From Nitrosopumilus sp. (GTDB lineage: Archaea > Thermoproteota > Nitrososphaeria > Nitrososphaerales > Nitrosopumilaceae), in contig OZ241857.1 of NCBI GenBank assembly GCA_965203315.1, forward strand, positions 544,001 through 608,000: a stretch of 64,000 bases of DNA, in the 5' to 3' direction. Below the pieces are notes generated by a model. That model was not told the origin of the DNA. It did no database searches and worked only from the letters and a program-made list of their open reading frames with translations. A program made the translations under genes and the position numbers. Shown here piece by piece: positions 31,164-39,836 of the stretch (position 1 is its first letter; every line of letters starts with the position of its first letter).

Positions 31164-32632
31164 GGTTCTTTTAACTTAACGGGGGATGACGTTGTTTTTG
31201 GTGTTTTTAATCAGCGAGTTGAGTGTTAAAATTTCATAACGACCTTGTTTTTCGATATCGTGTGTTATTTCATCTAATAAAAGTCGCACATGTGTTTTTG
31301 TAATTAAGATTTTTTACATATTGGTAGTAAAATATTTTTGAAATATTAGATTTATTCCGAAAGATCTATATATGGTATCGATTTTGAGGTAATTATGGAG
31401 CAAGAATTAATGCAGATAGAAAAAATCATTAGCGACAAGTACTCAATCAAAGCGAGAAGGAACAATCGCTATACAGTTAAATCCAAACAAGAGAATAAAA
31501 CGTATAAAATTAAAAAAGATAAATCTTGTTGGTGTTGTTCCTGCAATGGTATTAGAGTTCGAAAACATTTGTGCAAACATGTCTTGTTGGTTATTGAATT
31601 TTTAAAAAACCTGATAAAGAAAATTAAAATTAAACCTGCAGAGATTATTCGTTGCACGCATTGCAAATTAAGAAAATTTCGCAAAAATGGTATACGTCAT
31701 AACAAAAGCGGTGACGTTCAGAGGTATGAATGCCTAAAATGTAACAGAGAATTCTGTGGCAATGTAGGATTTGAGCGAGCTAGAGTTGATCCCAAATGGA
31801 TAACTTTGGCCATAGACTTGTATTTTTCAGGAATGTCTTTTGTCGCTATTGAACAGTGTTTTAAACGACAAGGATGTAAAGTGTCCTTTGTTTCCATATA
31901 CAAATGGGTCGTAAAATACACTAAACTAATACATGCATATTTGTCAAAGTTTTCACCAAAGGTTGGGATAAAATGGCACACAGATGAGATGTACGTCAAG
32001 ATCAATGGTGAGATAAAATGGCTCTTTGCAATAACTGATAGTACTACAAGATTTTTTATTTCATATGAACTAGGCGATACAAAAGAGGGACACAATGCAA
32101 TCAAAATGTTTAATTCTGCTCAACAAATTACAAGAATGGTTCCTAGCAAAGTGGTATCTGATGGTTCGCCAGTGTATCCCTTTGCCATCAAAAACGCGTT
32201 TAAATCTGCAATTAAAAAGCCCACACACATTAAAGAGATTCACATGCAAAAGAAAAGAAAAAACAACAACAAACAAGAACGCTTTAACGGCAGTATAAGA
32301 GACCGTGAAAAAGTTCTCAGAGGTTTGAAAACAACCTCTAGTCCATTTTTTGAGGGCATGTGGATAAATTATAATTTCATAAGGCCGCATAGTAGTTTAA
32401 ATGGAAACACGCCAGCTGAAAAAGCTGGAATTGTAATACAAGGTGACAATAAATGGCGCATATTGATTGAAAATGCAGCTCTTGCCAACTAGTGTGTCAT
32501 AATTTTAAATCACAAACAACCAGTTTGTAATTATTCTCTATTATTTTTCTGTATTTTGATACATGATTCGTTATTTCTAAAATTTAGTGTCAAATTTGTC
32601 AATTTACCACCCCCCGATAAGTTAAAAGAACC
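31164..32632 (+). mobile_element. IS6-family element
   Basis: TIR GGTTCTTTTAACTTA(A/T)CGGGGG; no TSD. Confidence 0.88.
31395..32492 (+). CDS. IS6 transposase with N-terminal SWIM and Zn-ribbon
   Basis: CSC...CKH, two CxxC, WHTDEMY, VSDG and NNKQERFN. Confidence 0.88.
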   Translation: MEQELMQIEKIISDKYSIKARRNNRYTVKSKQENKTYKIKKDKSCWCCSCNGIRVRKHLCKHVLLVIEFLKNLIKKIKIKPAEIIRCTHCKLRKFRKNGIRHNKSGDVQRYECLKCNREFCGNVGFERARVDPKWITLAIDLYFSGMSFVAIEQCFKRQGCKVSFVSIYKWVVKYTKLIHAYLSKFSPKVGIKWHTDEMYVKINGEIKWLFAITDSTTRFFISYELGDTKEGHNAIKMFNSAQQITRMVPSKVVSDGSPVYPFAIKNAFKSAIKKPTHIKEIHMQKKRKNNNKQERFNGSIRDREKVLRGLKTTSSPFFEGMWINYNFIRPHSSLNGNTPAEKAGIVIQGDNKWRILIENAALAN

Positions 32633-32865
32633 CCTGGATTTATCCCAAATTTCTTGGCTTTTTCGAGGATTTTACGGAGTTCATGCGAAAGTCGTTTTGA
32701 AGACTCTGGACACCTAGCAACAAAGACATTCCAAATTATAAAGTGATCTCAGGTTTGTGATCTGTGGAATTGTACGATTATGCATGTACGCAGAGTCAAA
32801 ACAGTGAATTATACCTTGATATCTTACAATATCATTCTATAAATCACAATGTTGTTGTGTATTAT

Positions 32866-34029
32866 TTACGCAACTATACGATGAGATAATTTCATCTTTT
32901 TTAGTTTAGCCTGTTTTTTACGGTTTATCTTTACTCTCCATGCTGCAACAAGCTCTTCTAATCTAGGACTAGGTCTGCCGTGTTCATGATCCCAAAGAAC
33001 GTGATAGTTGACCAGTGTAGATGCCATCTTGAAGGCATCGTTGTATTGGTCGTCATCTCCTCGGAACATGTTGAACAAGAGTTTAAACTGCTTTACACAT
33101 CCAACTACGTGTTCTACTGTGGCGCGTTCACTGTCTATCTTTTTGTTGTATATCTCTTGTTCTTTTGTGAGTTGCCCACCTTTGGGCTTCTTGTATTTTA
33201 TGCCTATCTTGGCACCTACAAAGATATCTCGAATCCCTAGGAATCCCAGATCTACTAGAATGTACAGTCTTTGACGAAGTGGAGTGTTTGGATCTGTTAA
33301 CGACATGGACCACTTGCCAAGATTCAGTTTGAGCTCTTTGAATATGCTGAAATCGTGTGTCTTACCAGGAAACGTAGAAGACACATGTACTATCAGTCTC
33401 TCTTTTGTACACATCAATAGAGTATTTACCGTATGCATCTTTTTTTTGCCTGATTTGTAGTCATTGCGTATCTCTCTATCTACGGGTGTTGGAACACGAG
33501 TGTGTGATCCATCGAACAAGAATGTGTGATCCTTTACCCATTTTGCGAGCTCTTTCTTTGTCTTGCATTTACTTATCGCATTTGCCAACTCGTCTGGCGA
33601 AAAACCCAAACTCTGAAAAAACTGATTCATGTATGTACAGTACCGGGATACATTACTCTGATCTATACCAAATCTACTGGCAAGATGGCACTGACTGTGA
33701 CCACTTACCAGCCTCAGAATTGCCAAGAGCATGGCATACTCGGGAGTTAGTTTGGATATTCTTCCACGTACTATGAGAACATTACGAAACTGTCTGTGAA
33801 CATCTGCTGCCGGTATCCATTCTATAAACAGGCCGAGCAAAAAGTTAAACATGTCAAAATCCAGCTTTGTATGCTCCCATAGAGTCTTTTCATTGCTAAG
33901 GATATTCTTACATGGAGGGAGCTCGAGTTCTTTTTTTGCTGCTTTGAGCTGTTCTTCTGCTATATCTGCACGTTCTTCGGCTGCTTTGAGTCGTTGTTCA
34001 AGCACTAGTTCCTTGTTCGGATTAGCCAT
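32866..34029 (-). CDS. IS5-family (ISL2/Harbinger-like DDE_Tnp_4) transposase; element ends not resolved
   Basis: FDGSH, YKSGKKKMHT, GKTHD, VDLGFLG and ERATVEH. Confidence 0.85.
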   Translation of the reverse strand: MANPNKELVLEQRLKAAEERADIAEEQLKAAKKELELPPCKNILSNEKTLWEHTKLDFDMFNFLLGLFIEWIPAADVHRQFRNVLIVRGRISKLTPEYAMLLAILRLVSGHSQCHLASRFGIDQSNVSRYCTYMNQFFQSLGFSPDELANAISKCKTKKELAKWVKDHTFLFDGSHTRVPTPVDREIRNDYKSGKKKMHTVNTLLMCTKERLIVHVSSTFPGKTHDFSIFKELKLNLGKWSMSLTDPNTPLRQRLYILVDLGFLGIRDIFVGAKIGIKYKKPKGGQLTKEQEIYNKKIDSERATVEHVVGCVKQFKLLFNMFRGDDDQYNDAFKMASTLVNYHVLWDHEHGRPSPRLEELVAAWRVKINRKKQAKLKKMKLSHRIVA

Positions 34030-34126
34030 ACTCTTGTTTATTCAAATTGGTATTTACCATAGAGTGTCTTAAAAAATTGTCTTGTTGCGTATTCTATTTT
34101 TGGTTAATTTTTTACTCCTCCTCACA

Positions 34127-35630
34127 GGATCTTTTCGATTTACGTTGGATGGATTTTTTTTTACAGACACATCATTGCAAGACTTTATGGAATTATTGAA
34201 ACGAAATATTCAAACTTTGTATTAAAATGTCAATTAAAAAAACACTTGTTATTTAATTCTGTTAGAATTTACTAGACAAATTTAAAATTATACAGAGTTT
34301 TCACTGCGTTCAGTATTAATGTGCGCCATTTATTTGCTCCTTTTATGATAATTCCAGCTCTGTCGGCTGGTGTGTCACTGTTTAAACCCATATGTGGTCT
34401 AATGTAATTGTAATGTATTCTAATTCCACGAATAAGAAAAGCATTTTTGAAGCCTTTGATTTTTTGTTCAACATGTCTAAACTTTCCATTAAAACTCTCC
34501 ATCTCATTGTTGTGTACATGATCACCTGCCATGTGAATTTCTCTAATGTGAATAGATGACTTGCCTGATTTTGCTTTTGCAAATATCTTCTTAAACGATG
34601 CTTCATAACAAGCTGCGCCATCAGTTATCAGCACAGATGGTGTTTTTTGTGCAATCTTTTCTGCTTCTTTAAATAATTTATTGACTTGTGCTTTATTTTT
34701 CTTCTTGCCAACTTGACTGCCCAGCCAAAACCTTGTTTTACGATCCAGCATCGCAAAGAGATAATGCAGTTTGCCATTGATCTCGAACCACACTTCATCA
34801 GCATGATATATCTCACCAATTTGAGGTGCGAGTGTTGAAATGTACTCATCCATCAATTTGACGTATCTTACAGTCCAGTCGTGAATGGTGGTACACCCAA
34901 CTTTGACACCTTTCTTTGCCAAAAATTGTACGACTTCACTCAAGCTAGATCCTGTAAGATGTAAATGTATTGCATCAGTTACATGCTCTGGTGACGCGGC
35001 TAGTCCCTCAAATCCTACATTTCCAGAAAACGATACCTCGCATATCTTGCAGTAATATTTTTGATTATCATAATTTTTGTTAGGTCTGATGCCATTTTTT
35101 ACAGTCTCTAGTGTGCCACAATGTTTACAACAAATCTTGCCATCATTTAGTGACTCTAGCGTAGTTTCTTTTGTTTTTGTCCCAACCTCCACTACGATAT
35201 CAACCATTTTGACATGTTTGCATCTCTTTTTTCCAAACTTGTAGCCTTTACAAGTGCAAAACCAATTTCCTGGTTCACCCATAACATCGTATGTTTCATC
35301 TCCTGTTTGAATCTTGACTTTGTAGTGGTTATCTTGTACTTTTTTGACACACTTGCACATTTCCAAATATTCTTTTGTAGCATCAGACATGCAGATTTGC
35401 TCTAGATTTTGCTTCACATGTGTAGTAGAAATATACTAGTATATACCACTTTTTTTAAAAAAAGTTAATTTTTTAGTTAAAAAAATTTTATTCATTTAAA
35501 GTTTTCTATCATATACTAAATTACAAATAGAAATCTAGTAAATATGACGCAATCGCTTTATTTTTGAAGTGTTGGGTAGTTTTAGGAAAAAGTCGTCTAA
35601 AAAACCATCCAACGTAAATCGAAAACATCC
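34127..35630 (-). mobile_element. IS6-family element, probable parent of MITE-B
   Basis: TIR GGAT(C/G)TTTTCGATTTACGTTGGATGG; right end truncates an MTase; no TSD. Confidence 0.9.
34272..35417 (-). CDS. IS6 transposase with SWIM and Zn-ribbon
   Basis: CTC...CKH, YHADEVW, ITDG and NNEMESFN. Confidence 0.88.
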   Translation of the reverse strand: MKQNLEQICMSDATKEYLEMCKCVKKVQDNHYKVKIQTGDETYDVMGEPGNWFCTCKGYKFGKKRCKHVKMVDIVVEVGTKTKETTLESLNDGKICCKHCGTLETVKNGIRPNKNYDNQKYYCKICEVSFSGNVGFEGLAASPEHVTDAIHLHLTGSSLSEVVQFLAKKGVKVGCTTIHDWTVRYVKLMDEYISTLAPQIGEIYHADEVWFEINGKLHYLFAMLDRKTRFWLGSQVGKKKNKAQVNKLFKEAEKIAQKTPSVLITDGAACYEASFKKIFAKAKSGKSSIHIREIHMAGDHVHNNEMESFNGKFRHVEQKIKGFKNAFLIRGIRIHYNYIRPHMGLNSDTPADRAGIIIKGANKWRTLILNAVKTLYNFKFV

Positions 35631-36641
35631 TAGTTGAGCGTTTTGAGTAACATTTTTACGTGATGTGGCTAACAATTTCGAATCACCATATATTGAATTC
35701 AGTGTATCGGTTTTTGGTCTATTTTCTACTGTCCCTGTCAATAATTCTTGTCGTAACTTGTTAAAACTCTCTTGGCCATAGTTTAGCCACGCTAACTCTA
35801 GAGCATATGTTCTAGTGTAATCATATCTATTGGCATAGGGTGGCGAAGTTATCACTGTGTCAAATGATCTATCGGCATATTTTCTTAGTAGATATAGTGA
35901 AGAGCCAGTGACTAGCTTTGGTCTAGGTGAGGTCCCATATGTCTCTTTTAATAACGGCATGTCTTGTATGATCTCGGTAAATCGTTTGTGTAACGCGGCA
36001 TATAGTGAAGGTATCTCTTTCTTGTATAATCCATTCTTTACATCCCTGCCAGACCTTGCATCCCATCGCAAAAATTGTCCATCTTTTCTAGTATAACTGA
36101 TCTCTTCAAGTACACTCATGCATGTAAAGTTTAGAATTGATTTTATTTTTGGATCTTTGACATTGTCTATGAACTTTCTAGTAATAGCAAGTTCTCTCTC
36201 GGTTTCTGGTGGAAAAGCATGTTGGGTTATTCGTATGTGATTGAATGGAGTTCCGTCAATATTCCTACTTAAATTATCTAACAACTCGGTAAACTTTACT
36301 TCAAGTTCTTGTTTGTTGATATCTTTAGCTATGGACATAATAGCTTTTGCAGTGTTATTTCCCACTGGCATTATCTCGATCCCGGTCGCTTTGATTCCCA
36401 ATCTTGATGCTGTTAATACTGTAGTACCTATGCCTGAAAATGGATCGAGCAGAGATTTTGCATCTATGCTAGACAATATCTTTGATACTAGATCTACAGA
36501 GAATCCTTCCTTGTATCATAACCATCTAAATCCAGGAATAGATCGATTGGCTTGATATGATACAACTTTACGAGTTAGATCCGGATCAATGAAAATCTTG
36601 CCCGATATCTGTTTGTCAAGTACTTGTTGAATACCCATCAT
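35631..36641 (-). pseudogene. m4C MTase (AvaI/BsoBI-like), disrupted
   Basis: Frame from ATG 36641 has TGA at 36516-36518 (RWL*YKEGFS); DPFSGIGTT and TSPPYANRYDYTRTYALEL; 3' end replaced by IS6. Confidence 0.82.
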
Positions 36642-36796
36642 GTTTTACAACTATTGTCAATGATTTTAACTTTTAGGATGCCACGGCTACAAGAGGTATA
36701 GACTAGATTGGTTTTTTAACTTTGGAATGGATGGTTTTTGTACAAAATTCTCAAAATTTACAAAATATGAGAATGGTCGAGCAGCGTCTTGTTGAT

Positions 36797-37240
36797 TTAC
36801 CAGGGTGCTATACCTGTCTCATAAACTGCCTTGTTGTATTCCTTGCATAGTCGTCTAGCATCTATGATCTGATATACGAATAGGGCAATATAACCAATGA
36901 AAGATATGCCAAACACGGCAAGAACTAGCTCGGATGACCAAAGTACATCTACTATCGCCAATGAACCTACCATTGCGACAAGTATCCCTAGTGAACCAAC
37001 TAGGAGTGCAATGCCTCGTCTTATCTTTCCTAAATAGATATGTCCTGTTCCATTAAATCCTAGCAATCCTAGTATTGTTGACAGCACCAAAGTCACTCCT
37101 TCGCTTTTGTATATCGTATTCTTGTAGTTTTGATAATTGGGCTCGTCTGAGATGGTTTCAATGTTTTCAACGATTTCATGTTTTGAAGAGTCTAGCATTT
37201 CAGTATCTTTATGAATTGTATCTCTTTCTTTGCTAGACAC
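36797..37240 (-). CDS. TM2/NINE-domain membrane protein
   Basis: KSEGVTLVLSTILGLLGFNGTGHIYLG pattern. Confidence 0.75.
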   Translation of the reverse strand: MSSKERDTIHKDTEMLDSSKHEIVENIETISDEPNYQNYKNTIYKSEGVTLVLSTILGLLGFNGTGHIYLGKIRRGIALLVGSLGILVAMVGSLAIVDVLWSSELVLAVFGISFIGYIALFVYQIIDARRLCKEYNKAVYETGIAPW

Positions 37241-37262
37241 GTCACATTCAGTGCATATTGTA

Positions 37263-37493
37263 TTAAGAGTCGATATCAGCTAGAATCGATGTCACCAGTA
37301 TGTTGTCTTTGTACAGATACAGATGATATCGAATATCTGAACCTAGTCGTGTTGGACCATTAGATATTAGAGTATAGTTACCATACTTTATTTTGGTACC
37401 TGTATCTGCTGAGAGTATATTGTGTATGACTTTCTCTGGCTGCTGATTCATCTTGTCGCACATCTTGAGAAATGCTCTACTCCGATTCATCAT
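37263..37493 (-). CDS. Small hypothetical protein
   Basis: Co-oriented ORF just upstream of the TM2 gene. Confidence 0.5.
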   Translation of the reverse strand: MMNRSRAFLKMCDKMNQQPEKVIHNILSADTGTKIKYGNYTLISNGPTRLGSDIRYHLYLYKDNILVTSILADIDS

Positions 37494-37698
37494 TGTGTAG
37501 TGCAGAATTTTAATTTAAAGATCAAATATGGCAGTTGAGAAGTGGTTTTTAGATCATGTAGAATCTTATATGTGTGGTTGTGATCTAGTTGCTAGATTAG
37601 GAATCATCTAGGGGATGGAATAATAATGCAATAGCCGAGATTATGCTCTTTGATTTGATGACTCAATATCTGTTAGGCCCCATGTAGATAATCGTCAA

Positions 37699-38061
37699 TC
37701 ATATTTTGTTGTCATTATCAAAATACAAGTACTTGGGCTTTTTACGACCATCAAGGTAACGGTTTATGAGATAGGCTACTGGTAACCACCCTGCCAGATG
37801 TGCCATAATTGTAATCCCTGCATAAATGACTGGCAATATCTCGTCAGGTACTCCATCAAACATGTCTCTATTAGCATCTTGAATCACAGCAAAAATTAGC
37901 AATATTACAGTTGGTACAAAATCTATTGCTGCCAGTATGTGATAATCGATCCAGATACCTGCCTTTTGCAAGACGCCCAATACCATTATCAAATATATCA
38001 CCATACCAAATGTTGGCAATCCAATATATAGAGCAAATTTACGTTTGTGTATATGATTCAT
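37699..38061 (-). CDS. Small multi-TM protein, putative orphan immunity protein
   Basis: Shares KRKxAxYxxLxTFG and WxPxAxxxNxxxD with 38419..38757. Confidence 0.7.
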   Translation of the reverse strand: MNHIHKRKFALYIGLPTFGMVIYLIMVLGVLQKAGIWIDYHILAAIDFVPTVILLIFAVIQDANRDMFDGVPDEILPVIYAGITIMAHLAGWLPVAYLINRYLDGRKKPKYLYFDNDNKI

Positions 38062-38231
38062 TATTCAATGTATCCAAGTACAGATAATTTAGATGAGCCA
38101 CAATTTGTACTATATATGCACATAGTATGATTCCGAGTGTTACTGACGTAAATTGTTTGATTAGGCATATAGCGTCTAGTTGTGGTACAGTAACCAAGAC
38201 TACTCTCCAAACAACCGAATCTTACAAACAT
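38061..38231 (-). pseudogene. Internally deleted copy of the 38760..39686 gene (56-aa in-frame stub)
   Basis: MFVRFGCLESSLGYCTTTRRYMPNQTIYVSNTRNHTMCIYSTNCGSSKLSVLGYIE* aligns with TTTKAYTPGQTIYVSNTWNHMM; TAATG overlap with the next gene. Confidence 0.8.
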
Positions 38232-38418
38232 AACCTAGTTACAACATAATTGTTGATAAACGTTACTGATCAATGGTTCTGAAATATCATCTAAGTCGAA
38301 AAGATCAAACCAGCGCGATAACATATCCATTACGTGTAATCTTTAATGCCTTGTTGTGCGTGGTTTTCAGTACAATACAATTTGTATCTAGTTTTTCAAA
38401 TAGATTTCTTTCCACGTT

Positions 38419-38757
38419 TCATTGTGGTTCATTTCTACGAGTACGATGATCGAATTCATCCCATCTCTTATTTACTCCCCATGCAATTGGTGCCCAGAAC
38501 ATGATGTTGGTAATCACGACGATTGTGATTGTTGACCAATTCAAATTTGTTATGGACGTTAAAGTATAAGAATCTGTGCCAGTTATTTCGCCTTGTAATA
38601 CGGATATTGCAAGTTGTAATATATGTGGCGGTAAATTTAAGACATAAAAAAAGATTCTATGATTTACAACTGTAGACGTGCTTACAAGTAATGAAACAAC
38701 AACACCAAATGTCACTAGAGTACAGTATATTGCAATTTTTCGTTTATTCATGATCAA
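38419..38757 (-). CDS. Small multi-TM protein, putative cognate immunity protein
   Basis: Starts 2 bp after the secreted-protein gene; hydrophobic. Confidence 0.7.
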   Translation of the reverse strand: MIMNKRKIAIYCTLVTFGVVVSLLVSTSTVVNHRIFFYVLNLPPHILQLAISVLQGEITGTDSYTLTSITNLNWSTITIVVITNIMFWAPIAWGVNKRWDEFDHRTRRNEPQ

Positions 38758-38759
38758 AA

Positions 38760-39686
38760 CTATGGTACTGAAACTTTGTTCAATCTCGGATTTGTGTCAA
38801 AGGTGTCCATCATGTGATTCCAAGTGTTACTGACGTAAATTGTTTGACCTGGCGTATATGCTTTTGTGGTTGTCCTATGACAACCATGTATATCAAAAAC
38901 GCAATCGTATGTATTAGTTGAACTCCATGTATTATCAAATGTTATCACATTATTATTTTTAATAACAAACATTTCAATATCGTGTACTCTTTTATACAAC
39001 TCTAATCTTATTCTATCATACACAATATCAATTAATGGATGATCTTCATCATAAAACGACAGAACATATGTACGCTCACATGTTTTTGGGTCATCTTTCA
39101 TCGAAACATTATACAAATCATTATTGCCGTTAAAATTGAAAATGCCATATCTACCACCACTAATATCAATTCTTACTTGCTTGTAGTGTGGGTTTGTGGT
39201 GGCAGGGCATGTTGCATGAGCCATTTGAACACCGATCATTTCCATAAAATCAACACTAGTTGTGTCTGAAGAATTATAAGATTTCAGAAATTGTTTATAC
39301 TTTTCATCCTTGATGGTTTCTATAAAGATATAATTAATTGCAGTATCAATCTCTGCATCTGTTAGTGTTGCGGTATTTGTCTCTGTACGTACTCTTTCAA
39401 TAACATCTCTAAAGAAGGAATCATACTCTTGTTTGATTTCGTTCGATTTTATTTCATATGTGTTATCGTCTTCAACATCTATCAGATCTCTAATGTCGCT
39501 TTTGAATCTCTCTTTTACTGTTTCATCAATCTTGTACTTGCTCTCTGTTCCGTTTGAACTTTTAATATCTTGTACTTGTTTTTGCTCTATTTCACTTGTC
39601 TGTGATGCTGTTGCAATATCTGCAACGTAAAATGGTAGAACCGTTGCCATGATAAGAGTTGTGAACAAAATTGCTTTCGTAAACAT
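38760..39686 (-). CDS. Secreted protein with acidic pro-region and Cys-containing C-terminal domain (putative toxin)
   Basis: Signal peptide, second AHA|T site mid-protein, FYDEDHP...YD..R...Y.R..DIE and IYVSNTWNHMM motifs. Confidence 0.7.
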   Translation of the reverse strand: MFTKAILFTTLIMATVLPFYVADIATASQTSEIEQKQVQDIKSSNGTESKYKIDETVKERFKSDIRDLIDVEDDNTYEIKSNEIKQEYDSFFRDVIERVRTETNTATLTDAEIDTAINYIFIETIKDEKYKQFLKSYNSSDTTSVDFMEMIGVQMAHATCPATTNPHYKQVRIDISGGRYGIFNFNGNNDLYNVSMKDDPKTCERTYVLSFYDEDHPLIDIVYDRIRLELYKRVHDIEMFVIKNNNVITFDNTWSSTNTYDCVFDIHGCHRTTTKAYTPGQTIYVSNTWNHMMDTFDTNPRLNKVSVP

Positions 39687-39836
39687 GGGTTAGACAGGCC
39701 ATAATATCTAATAAACATTACTCATCAATGGTTCCAAAGTTATCACGACAAGAACGTGATCATGTATTTGAATACATGATCATACTCTTGTTTCGATAAC
39801 TGAATATGACGAGTACTTATCCTTGATCATCAAACA

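Noticed and set aside
32633-34126. ISL2-like element as the parent of MITE-C
   Set aside because: A 3-bp TSD would fit the family, but I found no correctly oriented AGACTGTATGCG ends around this transposase.
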